Both the position numbers and the translations under genes were made by a program. This document shows, piece by piece, positions 12,401 to 26,543 of a stretch of 64,000 bases of DNA. Origin of the DNA: Auanema rhodensis (taxonomy: Eukaryota; Animalia; Nematoda); the NCBI GenBank assembly GCA_964057225.1, contig CAXKVF010000088.1, positions 1 to 64,000 of the forward strand. The letters are read 5' to 3'. Below the pieces are notes generated by a model. The model searched no databases. It worked only from the letters and a program-made list of their open reading frames with translations, and was not told where the DNA came from. The stretch's first letter is position 1. Every line of letters begins with the position of its first letter.

Positions 12401-15400
12401 TTGTTTTTAGACTAATATGGACATGGGGAATCTAATTTTGAAAACCGCATCTCTTTATCTTTCACGTGAAGCGAGTTACATACCAAGTGCACATCACGTG
12501 TACATTTAATTAGCATAAATTAAAGTTCACGTAAAATTCAAAGTCATGGTTACCATGAACCAATATCAATAAAAATTTGTTTTTAGACTAATATGGACAT
12601 GGGAAATCTAATTTTGAAAACCGCATCTCTTTATCTTTCACGTGAAGCGAGTTACATACCAAGTGCACATCACGTGTACATTTAATTAGCATAAATTAAA
12701 GTTCACGTAAATTTCAAAGTCATGGTTACCATGAACCAATATCAATAAAAATTTGTTTTTAGACTAATATGGACATGGGGAATCTAATTTTGAAAACCGC
12801 ATCTCTTTATCTTTCACGTGAAGCGAGTTACATACCAAGTGCACATCACGTGTACATTTAATTAGCATAAATTAAAGTTCACGTAAATTTCAAAGTCATG
12901 GTTACCATGCACCAATATCAATAAAAATTTGTTTTTAGACTAATATGGACATGGGGAATCTAATTTTGAAAACCGCATCTCTTTATCTTTCACGTGAAGC
13001 GAGTTACATACCAAGTGCACATCACGTGTACATTTAATTAGCATAAATTAAAGTTCACGTAAAATTCAAAGTCATGGTTACCATGAACCAATATCAATAA
13101 AAATTTGTTTTTAGACTAATATGGACATGGGGAATCTAATTTTGAAAACCGCATCTCTTTATCTTTCACGTGAAGCGAGTTACATACCAAGTGCACATCA
13201 CGTGTACATTTAATTAGCATAAATTAAAGTTCACGTAAATTTCAAAGTCATGGTTACCATGAACCAATATCAATAAAAATTTGTTTTTAGACTAATATGG
13301 ACATGGGGAATCTAATTTTGAAAACCGCATCTCTTTATCTTTCACGTGAAGCGAGTTACATACCAAGTGCACATCACGTGTACATTTAATTAGCATAAAT
13401 TAAAGTTCACGTAAATTTCAAAGTCATGGTTACCATGCACCAATATCAATAAAAATTTGTTTTTAGACTAATATGGACATGGGGAATCTAATTTTGAAAA
13501 CCGCATCTCTTTATCTTTCACGTGAAGCGAGTTACATACCAAGTGCACATCACGTGTACATTTAATTAGCATAAATTAAAGTTCACGTAAAATTCAAAGT
13601 CATGGTTACCATGAACCAATATCAATAAAAATTTGTTTTTAGACTAATATGGACATGGGGAATCTAATTTTGAAAACCGCATCTCTTCATCTTTCACGTG
13701 AAGCAAGTTACATACCAAGTGCACATCACGTGTACATTTAATTAGCATAAATTAAAGTTCACGTAAATTTCAAAGTCATGGTTACCATGCACCAATATCA
13801 ATAAAAATTTGTTTTTAGACTAATATGGACATGGGGAATCTAATTTTGAAAACCGCATCTCTTTATCTTTCACGTGAAGCGAGTTACATACCAAGTGCAC
13901 ATCACGTGTACATTTAATTAGCATAAATTAAAGTTCACGTAAATTTCAAAGTCATGGTTACCATGAACCAATATCAATAAAAATTTGTTTTTAGACTAAT
14001 ATGGACATGGGGAATCTAATTTTGAAAACCGCATCTCTTCATCTTTCACGTGAAGCGAGTTACATACCAAGTGCACATCACGTGTACATTTAATTAGCAT
14101 AAATTAAAGTTCACGTAAATTTCAAAGTCATGGTTACCATGCACCAATATCAATAAAAATTTGTTTTTAGACTAATATGGACATGGGGAATCTAATTTTG
14201 AAAACCGCATCTCTTTATCTTTCACGTGAAGCGAGTTACATACCAAGTGCACATCACGTGTACATTTAATTAGCATAAATTAAAGTTCACGTAAATTTCA
14301 AAGTCATGGTTACCATGAACCAATATCAATAAAAATTTGTTTTTAGACTAATATGGACATGGGGAATCTAATTTTGAAAACCGCATCTCTTTATCTTTCA
14401 CGTGAAGCGAGTTACATACCAAGTGCACATCACGTGTACATTTAATTAGCATAAATTAAAGTTCACGTAAATTTCAAAGTCATGGTTACCATGCACCAAT
14501 ATCAATAAAAATTTGTTTTTAGACTAATATGGACATGGGGAATCTAATTTTGAAAACCGCATCTCTTTATCTTTCACGTGAAGCGAGTTACATACCAAGT
14601 GCACATCATGTGTACATTTAATTAGCATAAATTAAAGTTCACGTAAATTTCAAAGTCATGGTTACCATGCACCAATATCAATAAAAATTTGTTTTTAGAC
14701 TAATATGGACATGGGGAATCTAATTTTGAAAACCACATCTCTTTATCTTTCACGTGAAGCGAGTTACATACCAAGTGCACATCACGTGTACATTTAATTA
14801 GCATAAATTAAAGTTCACGTAAATTTCAAAGTCATGGTTACCATGAACCAATATCAATGAAAATTTGTTTTTAGACTAATATGGACATGGGGAATCTAAT
14901 TTTGAAAACCGCATCTCTTTATCTTTCACGTGAAGCGAGTTACATACCAAGTGCACATCACGTGTACATTTAATTAGCATAAATTAAAGTTCACGTAAAA
15001 TTCAAAGTCATGGTTACCATGAACCAATATCAATAAAAATTTGTTTTTAGACTAATATGGACATGGGGAATCTAATTTTGAAAACCGCATCTCTTTATCT
15101 TTCACGTGAAGCGAGTTACATACCAAGTGCACATCACGTGTACATTTAATTAGCATAAATTAAAGTTCACGTAAATTTCAAAGTCATGGTTACCATGAAC
15201 CAATATCAATAAAAATTTGTTTTTAGACTAATATGGACATGGGGAATCTAATTTTGAAAACCGCATCTCTTTATCTTTCACGTGAAGCGAGTTACATACC
15301 AAGTGCACATCACGTGTACATTTAATTAGCATAAATTAAAGTTCACGTAAATTTCAAAGTCATGGTTACCATGCACCAATATCAATAAAAATTTGTTTTT

Positions 15401-16049
15401 AGACTAATATGGACATGGGGAATCTAATTTTGAAAACCGCATCTCTTTATCTTTCACGTGAAGCGAGTTACATACCAAGTGCACATCACGTGTACATTTA
15501 ATTAGCATAAATTAAAGTTCACGTAAATTTCAAAGTCATGGTTACCATGAACCAATATCAATAAAAATTTGTTTTTAGACTAATATGGACATGGGGAATC
15601 TAATTTTGAAAACCGCATCTCTTTATCTTTCACGTGAAGCGAGTTACATACCAAGTGCACATCACGTGTACATTTAATTAGCATAAATTAAAGTTCACGT
15701 AAATTTCAAAGTCATGGTTACCATGAACCAATATCAATAAAAATTTGTTTTTAGACTAATATGGACATGGGGAATCTAATTTTGAAAACCGCATCTCTTT
15801 ATCTTTCACGTGAAGCGAGTTACATACCAAGTGCACATCACGTGTACATTTAATTAGCATAAATTAAAGTTCACGTAAATTTCAAAGTCATGGTTACCAT
15901 GAACCAATATCAATAAAAATTTGTTTTTAGACTAATATGGACATGGGGAATCTAATTTTGAAAACCGCATCTCTTTATCTTTCACGTGAAGCGAGTTACA
16001 TACCAAGTGCACATCACGTGTACATTTAATTAGCATAAATTAAAGTTCA

Positions 16050-19000
16050 CGTAAATTTCAAAGTCATGGTTACCATGAACCAATATCAATAAAAATTTGG
16101 TTTTAGACTAATATGGACATGGGGAATCTAATTTTGAAAACCGCATCTCTTTATCTTTCACGTGAAGCGAGTTACATACCAAGTGCACATCACGTGTACA
16201 TTTAATTAGCATAAATTAAAGTTCACGTAAATTTCAAAGTCATGGTTACCATGAACCAATATCAATAAAAATTTGTTTTTAGACTAATATGGACATGGGG
16301 AATCTAATTTTGAAAACCGCATCTCTTTATCTTTCACGTGAAGCGAGTTACATACCAAGTGCACATCACGTGTACATTTAATTAGCATAAATTAAAGTTC
16401 ACGTAAAATTCAAAGTCATGGTTACCACGAACCAATATCAATAAAAATTTGTTTTTAGACTAATATGGACATGGGGAATCTAATTTTAAAAACCGCATCT
16501 CTTTATCTTTCACGTGAAGCGAGTTACATACCAAGTGCACATCACGTGTACATTTAATTAGCATAAATTAAAGTTCACGTAAACTTCAAAGTCATGGTTA
16601 CCATGAACCAATATCAATAAAAATTTGTTTTTAGACTAATATGGACATGGGGAATCTAATTTTGAAAACCGCATCTCTTTATCTTTCACGTGAAGCGAGT
16701 TACATACCAAGTGCACATCACGTGTACATTTAATTAGCATAAATTAAAGTTCACGTAAATTTCAAAGTCATGGTTACCATGAACCAATATCAATAAAAAT
16801 TTGTTTTTAGACTAATATGGACATGGGGAATCTAATTTTGAAAACCGCATCTCTTTATCTTTCACGTGAAGCGAGTTACATACCAAGTGCACATCACGTG
16901 TACATTTAATTAGCATAAATTAAAGTTCACGTAAATTTCAAAGTCATGGTTACCATGCACCAATATCAATAAAAATTTGTTTTTAGACTAATATGGACAT
17001 GGGGAATCTAATTTTGAAAACCGCATCTCTTTATCTTTCACGTGAAGCGAGTTACATACCAAGTGCACATCACGTGTACATTTAATTAGCATAAATTAAA
17101 GTTCACGTAAAATTCAAAGTCATGGTTACCATGAACCAATATCAATAAAAATTTGTTTTTAGACTAATATGGACATGGGGAATCTAATTTTGAAAACCGC
17201 ATCTCTTTATCTTTCACGTGAAGCGAGTTACATACCAAGTGCACATCACGTGTACATTTAATTAGCATAAATTAAAGTTCACGTAAATTTCAAAGTCATG
17301 GTTACCATGAACCAATATCAATAAAAATTGGTTTTTAGACTAATATGGACATGGGGAATCTAATTTTGAAAACCGCATCTCTTCATCTTTCACGTGAAGC
17401 AAGTTACATACCAAGTGCACATCACGTGTACATTTAATTAGCATAAATTAAAGTTCACGTAAATTTCAAAGTCATGGTTACCATGCACCAATATCAATAA
17501 AAATTTGTTTTTAGACTAATATGGACATGGGGAATCTAATTTTGAAAACCGCATCTCTTTATCTTTCACGTGAAGCGAGTTACATACCAAGTGCACATCA
17601 CGTGTACATTTAATTAGCATAAATTAAAGTTCACGTAAATTTCAAAGTCATGGTTACCATGAACCAATATCAATAAAAATTTGTTTTTAGACTAATATGG
17701 ACATGGGGAATCTAATTTTGAAAACCGCATCTCTTCATCTTTCACGTGAAGCGAGTTACATACCAAGTGCACATCACGTGTACATTTAATTAGCATAAAT
17801 TAAAGTTCACGTAAATTTCAAAGTCATGGTTACCATGCACCAATATCAATAAAAATTTGTTTTTAGACTAATATGGACATGGGGAATCTAATTTTGAAAA
17901 CCGCATCTCTTTATCTTTCACGTGAAGCGAGTTACATACCAAGTGCACATCACGTGTACATTTAATTAGCATAAATTAAAGTTCACGTAAATTTCAAAGT
18001 CATGGTTACCATGAACCAATATCAATAAAAATTTGTTTTTAGACTAATATGGACATGGGGAATCTAATTTTGAAAACCGCATCTCTTTATCTTTCACGTG
18101 AAGCGAGTTACATACCAAGTGCACATCACGTGTACATTTAATTAGCATAAATTAAAGTTCACGTAAATTTCAAAGTCATGGTTACCATGAACCAATATCA
18201 ATAAAAATTGGTTTTTAGACTAATATGGACATGGGGAATCTAATTTTGAAAACCGCATCTCTTTATCTTTCACGTGAAGCGAGTTACATACCAAGTGCAC
18301 ATCACGTGTACATTTAATTAGCATAAATTAAAGTTCACGTAAATTTCAAAGTCATGGTTACCATGAACCAATATCAATAAAAATTTGGTTTTAGACTAAT
18401 ATGGACATGGGGAATCTAATTTTGAAAACCGCATCTCTTTATCTTTCACGTGAAGCGAGTTACATACCAAGTGCACATCACGTGTACATTTAATTAGCAT
18501 AAATTAAAGTTCACGTAAATTTCAAAGTCATGGTTACCATGAACCAATATCAATAAAAATTTGTTTTTAGACTAATATGGACATGGGGAATCTAATTTTG
18601 AAAACCGCATCTCTTTATCTTTCACGTGAAGCGAGTTACATACCAAGTGCACATCACGTGTACATTTAATTAGCATAAATTAAAGTTCACGTAAAATTCA
18701 AAGTCATGGTTACCACGAACCAATATCAATAAAAATTTGTTTTTAGACTAATATGGACATGGGGAATCTAATTTTGAAAACCGCATCTCTTTATCTTTCA
18801 CGTGAAGCGAGTTACATACCAAGTGCACATCACGTGTACATTTAATTAGCATAAATTAAAGTTCACGTAAACTTCAAAGTCATGGTTACCATGAACCAAT
18901 ATCAATAAAAATTTGTTTTTAGACTAATATGGACATGGGGAATCTAATTTTGAAAACCGCATCTCTTTATCTTTCACGTGAAGCGAGTTACATACCAAGT

Positions 19001-19900
19001 GCACATCACGTGTACATTTAATTAGCATAAATTAAAGCTCACGTAAATTTCAAAGTCATGGTTACCATGAACCAATATCAATAAAAATTTGTTTTTAGAC
19101 TAATATGGACATGGGGAATCTAATTTTGAAAACCGCATCTCTTTATCTTTCACGTGAAGCGAGTTACATACCAAGTGCACATCACGTGTACATTTAATTA
19201 GCATAAATTAAAGTTCACGTAAATTTCAAAGTCATGGTTACCATGAACCAATATCAATAAAAATTTGTTTTTAGACTAATATGGACATGGGGAATCTAAT
19301 TTTGAAAACCGCATCTCTTTATCTTTCACGTGAAGCGAGTTACATACCAAGTGCACATCACGTGTACATTTAATTAGCATAAATTAAAGTTCACGTAAAT
19401 TTCAAAGTCATGGTTACCATGCACCAATATCAATAAAAATTTGTTTTTAGACTAATATGGACATGGGGAATCTAATTTTGAAAACCGCATCTCTTTATCT
19501 TTCACGTGAAGCGAGTTACATACCAAGTGCACATCACGTGTACATTTAATTAGCATAAATTAAAGTTCACGTAAAATTCAAAGTCATGGTTACCATGAAC
19601 CAATATCAATAAAAATTTGTTTTTAGACTAATATGGACATGGGGAATCTAATTTTGAAAACCGCATCTCTTTATCTTTCACGTGAAGCGAGTTACATACC
19701 AAGTGCACATCACGTGTACATTTAATTAGCATAAATTAAAGTTCACGTAAATTTCAAAGTCATGGTTACCATGAACCAATATCAATAAAAATTGGTTTTT
19801 AGACTAATATGGACATGGGGAATCTAATTTTGAAAACCGCATCTCTTCATCTTTCACGTGAAGCAAGTTACATACCAAGTGCACATCACGTTTACATTTA
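16050..19900 (+). repeat. Imperfect 13-14-monomer higher-order duplication
   Basis: ACCACGAA 16428/18716 and AAACTTC 16584/18872 (offset 2288 = 13x176). ATTGGTTTTT, CTTCAT and GAAGCAAG at ~17330-17401 and ~19794-19865 (offset 2464 = 14x176). Confidence 0.8.
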
Positions 19901-22144
19901 ATTAGCATAAATTAAAGTTCATGTAAATTTCAAAGTCATGGTTACCATGAACCAATATCAATAAAAATTTGTTTTTAGACTAATATGGACATGGGGAATC
20001 TAATTTTGAAAACCGCATCTCTTTATCTTTCACGTGAAGCGAGTTACATACCAAGTGCACATCACGTGTACATTTAATTAGCATAAATTAAAGTTCACGT
20101 AAATTTCAAAGTCATGGTTACCATGAACCAATATCAATAAAAATTTGTTTTTAGACTAATATGGACATGGGGAATCTAATTTTGAAAACCGCATCTCTTT
20201 ATCTTTCACGTGAAGCGAGTTACATACCAAGTGCACATCACGTGTACATTTAATTAGCATAAATTAAAGTTCACGTAAATTTCAAAGTCATGGTTACCAT
20301 GAACCAATATCAATAAAAATTTGTTTTTAGACTAATATGGACATGGGGAATCTAATTTTGAAAACCGCATCTCTTTATCTTTCACGTGAAGCGAGTTACA
20401 TACCAAGTGCACATCACGTGTACATTAAATTAGCATAAATTAAAGTTCACGTAAATTTCAAAGTCATGGTTACCATGCACCAATATCAATAAAAATTTGT
20501 TTTTAGACTAATATGGACATGGGGAATCTAATTTTGAAAACCGCATCTCTTTATCTTTCACGTGAAGCGAGTTACATACCAAGTGCACATCATGTGTACA
20601 TTTAATTAGCATAAATTAAAGTTCACGTAAATTTCAAAGTCATGGTTACCATGCACCAATATCAATAAAAATTTGTTTTTAGACTAATATGGACATGGGG
20701 AATCTAATTTTGAAAACCGCATCTCTTTATCTTTCACGTGAAGCGAGTTACATACCAAGTGCACATCACGTGTACATTTAATTAGCATAAATTAAAGTTC
20801 ACGTAAATTTCAAAGTCATGGTTACCATGAACCAATATCAATGAAAATTTGTTTTTAGACTAATATGGACATGGGGAATCTAATTTTGAAAACCGCATCT
20901 CTTTATCTTTCACGTGAAGCGAGTTACATACCAAGTGCACATCACGTGTACATTTAATTAGCATAAATTAAAGTTCACGTAAAATTCAAAGTCATGGTTA
21001 CCATGAACCAATATCAATAAAAATTTGTTTTTAGACTAATATGGACATGGGGAATCTAATTTTGAAAACCGCATCTCTTTATCTTTCACGTGAAGCGAGT
21101 TACATACCAAGTGCACATCACGTGTACATTTAATTAGCATAAATTAAAGTTCACGTAAATTTCAAAGTCATGGTTACCATGAACCAATATCAATAAAAAT
21201 TTGTTTTTAGACTAATATGGACATGGGGAATCTAATTTTGAAAACCGCATCTCTTTATCTTTCACGTGAAGCGAGTTACATACCAAGTGCACATCACGTG
21301 TACATTAAATTAGCATAAATTAAAGTTCACGTAAATTTCAAAGTCATGGTTACCATGCACCAATATCAATAAAAATTTGTTTTTAGACTAATATGGACAT
21401 GGGGAATCTAATTTTGAAAACCGCATCTCTTTATCTTTCACGTGAAGCGAGTTACATACCAAGTGCACATCATGTGTACATTTAATTAGCATAAATTAAA
21501 GTTCACGTAAATTTCAAAGTCATGGTTACCATGCACCAATATCAATAAAAATTTGTTTTTAGACTAATATGGACATGGGGAATCTAATTTTGAAAACCGC
21601 ATCTCTTTATCTTTCACGTGAAGCGAGTTACATACCAAGTGCACATCACGTGTACATTTAATTAGCATAAATTAAAGTTCACGTAAATTTCAAAGTCATG
21701 GTTACCATGAACCAATATCAATGAAAATTTGTTTTTAGACTAATATGGACATGGGGAATCTAATTTTGAAAACCGCATCTCTTTATCTTTCACGTGAAGC
21801 GAGTTACATACCAAGTGCACATCACGTGTACATTTAATTAGCATAAATTAAAGTTCACGTAAATTTCAAAGTCATGGTTACCATGAACCAATATCAATAA
21901 AAATTTGTTTTTAGACTAATATGGACATGGGGAATCTAATTTTGAAAACCGCATCTCTTTATCTTTTACGTGAAGCGAGTTACATACCAAGTGCACATCA
22001 CGTGTACATTTAATTAGCATAAATTAAAGTTCACGTAAATTTCAAAGTCATGGTTACCATGAACCAATATCAATAAAAATTTGTTTTTAGACTAATATGG
22101 ACATGGGGAATCTAATTTTGAAAACCGCATCTCTTTATCTTTCA

Positions 22145-24430
22145 CGTGAAGCGAGTTACATACCAAGTGCACATCACGTGTACATTTAATTAGCATAAAT
22201 TAAAGTTCACGTAAATTTCAAGGCATGGTTACCATGAACCAATATCAATAAAAATTTGTTTTTAGACTAATATGGACATGGGGAATCTAATTTTAAAAAC
22301 CGCATCTCTTTATCTTTCACGTGAAGCGAGTTACATACCAAGTGCACATCACGTTTACATTTAATTAGCATAAATTAAAGTTCACGTAAATTTCAAAGTC
22401 ATGGTTACCATGAACCAATATCAATAAAAATTTGTTTTTAGACTAATATGGACATGGGGAATCTAATTTTGAAAACCGCATCTCTTTATCTTTCACGTGA
22501 AGCGAGTTACATACCAAGTGCACATCACGTGTACATTTAATTAGCATAAATTAAAGTTCACGTAAATTTCAAAGTCATGGTTACCATGAACCAATATCAA
22601 TAAAAATTTGTTTTTAGACTAATATGGACATGGGGAATCTAATTTTGAAAACCGCATCTCTTTATCTTTCACGTGAAGCGAGTTACATACCAAGTGCACA
22701 TCACGTGTACATTAAATTAGCATAAATTAAAGTTCACGTAAATTTCAAAGTCATGGTTACCATGCACCAATATCAATAAAAATTTGTTTTTAGACTAATA
22801 TGGACATGGGGAATCTAATTTTGAAAACCGCATCTCTTTATCTTTCACGTGAAGCGAGTTACATACCAAGTGCACATCATGTGTACATTTAATTAGCATA
22901 AATTAAAGTTCACGTAAATTTCAAAGTCATGGTTACCATGCACCAATATCAATAAAAATTTGTTTTTAGACTAATATGGACATGGGGAATCTAATTTTGA
23001 AAACCGCATCTCTTTATCTTTCACGTGAAGCGAGTTACATACCAAGTGCACATCACGTGTACATTTAATTAGCATAAATTAAAGTTCACGTAAATTTCAA
23101 AGTCATGGTTACCATGAACCAATATCAATGAAAATTTGTTTTTAGACTAATATGGACATGGGGAATCTAATTTTGAAAACCGCATCTCTTTATCTTTCAC
23201 GTGAAGCGAGTTACATACCAAGTGCACATCACGTGTACATTTAATTAGCATAAATTAAAGTTCACGTAAAATTCAAAGTCATGGTTACCATGAACCAATA
23301 TCAATAAAAATTTGTTTTTAGACTAATATGGACATGGGGAATCTAATTTTGAAAACCGCATCTCTTTATCTTTCACGTGAAGCGAGTTACATACCAAGTG
23401 CACATCACGTGTACATTTAATTAGCATAAATTAAAGTTCACGTAAATTTCAAGGCATGGTTACCATGAACCAATATCAATAAAAATTTGTTTTTAGACTA
23501 ATATGGACATGGGGAATCTAATTTTAAAAACCGCATCTCTTTATCTTTCACGTGAAGCGAGTTACATACCAAGTGCACATCACGTTTACATTTAATTAGC
23601 ATAAATTAAAGTTCACGTAAATTTCAAAGTCATGGTTACCATGAACCAATATCAATAAAAATTTGTTTTTAGACTAATATGGACATGGGGAATCTAATTT
23701 TGAAAACCGCATCTCTTTATCTTTCACGTGAAGCGAGTTACATACCAAGTGCACATCACGTGTACATTTAATTAGCATAAATTAAAGTTCACGTAAATTT
23801 CAAAGTCATGGTTACCATGAACCAATATCAATAAAAATTTGTTTTTAGACTAATATGGACATGGGGAATCTAATTTTGAAAACCGCATCTCTTTATCTTT
23901 CACGTGAAGCGAGTTACATACCAAGTGCACATCACGTGTACATTAAATTAGCATAAATTAAAGTTCACGTAAATTTCAAAGTCATGGTTACCATGCACCA
24001 ATATCAATAAAAATTTGTTTTTAGACTAATATGGACATGGGGAATCTAATTTTGAAAACCGCATCTCTTTATCTTTCACGTGAAGCGAGTTACATACCAA
24101 GTGCACATCATGTGTACATTTAATTAGCATAAATTAAAGTTCACGTAAATTTCAAAGTCATGGTTACCATGCACCAATATCAATAAAAATTTGTTTTTAG
24201 ACTAATATGGACATGGGGAATCTAATTTTGAAAACCGCATCTCTTTATCTTTCACGTGAAGCGAGTTACATACCAAGTGCACATCACGTGTACATTTAAT
24301 TAGCATAAATTAAAGTTCACGTAAATTTCAAAGTCATGGTTACCATGAACCAATATCAATGAAAATTTGTTTTTAGACTAATATGGACATGGGGAATCTA
24401 ATTTTGAAAACCGCATCTCTTTATCTTTCA
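22145..24430 (+). repeat. Higher-order repeat: 7-monomer unit (1231 bp, includes one 175-bp monomer), about two copies
   Basis: CAAGGCATGG (1-bp deletion) ~22220/~23451, TTTTAAAAACC, CGTTTAC, ATTAAATT, ATCATGTG and AATGAAAA all recur at offset 1231 = 7x176-1. Confidence 0.88.
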
Positions 24431-26543
24431 CGTGAAGCGAGTTACATACCAAGTGCACATCATGTGTACATTTAATTAGCATAAATTAAAGTTCACGTAA
24501 ATTTCAAAGTCATGGTTACCATGCACCAATATCAATAAAAATTTGTTTTTAGACTAATATGGACATGGGGAATCTAATTTTGAAAACCGCATCTCTTTAT
24601 CTTTCACGTGAAGCGAGTTACATACCAAGTGCACATCACGTGTACATTTAATTAGCATAAATTAAAGTTCACGTAAATTTCAAAGTCATGGTTACCATGA
24701 ACCAATATCAATGAAAATTTGTTTTTAGACTAATATGGACATGGGGAATCTAATTTTGAAAACCGCATCTCTTTATCTTTCACGTGAAGCGAGTTACATA
24801 CCAAGTGCACATCACGTGTACATTAAATTAGCATAAATTAAAGTTCACGTAAATTTCAAAGTCATGGTTACCATGCACCAATATCAATAAAAATTTGTTT
24901 TTAGACTAATATGGACATGGGGAATCTAATTTTGAAAACCGCATCTCTTTATCTTTCACGTGAAGCGAGTTACATACCAAGTGCACATCATGTGTACATT
25001 TAATTAGCATAAATTAAAGTTCACGTAAATTTCAAAGTCATGGTTACCATGCACCAATATCAATAAAAATTTGTTTTTAGACTAATATGGACATGGGGAA
25101 TCTAATTTTGAAAACCGCATCTCTTTATCTTTCACGTGAAGCGAGTTACATACCAAGTGCACATCACGTGTACATTTAATTAGCATAAATTAAAGTTCAC
25201 GTAAATTTCAAAGTCATGGTTACCATGAACCAATATCAATGAAAATTTGTTTTTAGACTAATATGGACATGGGGAATCTAATTTTGAAAACCGCATCTCT
25301 TTATCTTTCACGTGAAGCGAGTTACATACCAAGTGCACATCACGTGTACATTTAATTAGCATAAATTAAAGTTCACGTAAATTTCAAAGTCATGGTTACC
25401 ATGAACCAATATCAATAAAAATTTGTTTTTAGACTAATATGGACATGAGGAATCTAATTTTGACAACCGCATCTCTTTATCTTTCACGTGAAGCGAGTTA
25501 CATACCAAGTGCACATCACGTGTACATTTAATTAGCATAAATTAAAGTTCACGTAAATTTCAAAGTCATGGTTACCATGAACCAATATCAATAAAAATTT
25601 GTTTTTAGACTAATATGGACATGAGGAATCTAATTTTGAAAACCGCATCTCTTTATCTTTCACGTGAAGCGAGTTACATACCAAGTGCACATCATGTGTA
25701 CATTTAATTAGCATAAATTAAAGTTCACGTAAATTTCAAAGTCATGGTTACCATGCACCAATATCAATAAAAATTTGTTTTTAGACTAATATGGACATGG
25801 GGAATCTAATTTTGAAAACCGCATCTCTTTATCTTTCACGTGAAGCGAGTTACATACCAAGTGCACATCACGTGTACATTTAATTAGCATAAATTAAAGT
25901 TCACGTAAATTTCAAAGTCATGGTTACCATGAACCAATATCAATGAAAATTTGTTTTTAGACTAATATGGACATGGGGAATCTAATTTTGAAAACCGCAT
26001 CTCTTTATCTTTCACGTGAAGCGAGTTACATACCAAGTGCACATCACGTGTACATTTAATTAGCATAAATTAAAGTTCACGTAAATTTCAAAGTCATGGT
26101 TACCATGAACCAATATCAATAAAAATTTGTTTTTAGACTAATATGGACATGAGGAATCTAATTTTGACAACCGCATCTCTTTATCTTTCACGTGAAGCGA
26201 GTTACATACCAAGTGCACATCACGTGTACATTTAATTAGCATAAATTAAAGTTCACGTAAATTTCAAAGTCATGGTTACCATGAACCAATATCAATAAAA
26301 ATTTGTTTTTAGACTAATATGGACATGAGGAATCTAATTTTGAAAACCGCATCTCTTTATCTTTCACGTGAAGCGAGTTACATACCAAGTGCACATCACG
26401 TGTACATTTAATTAGCATAAATTAAAGTTCACGTAAATTTCAAAGTCATGGTTACCATGAACCAATATCAATAAAAATTTGTTTTTAGACTAATATGGAC
26501 ATGGGGAATCTAATTTTGAAAACCGCATCTCTTTATCTTTCAC

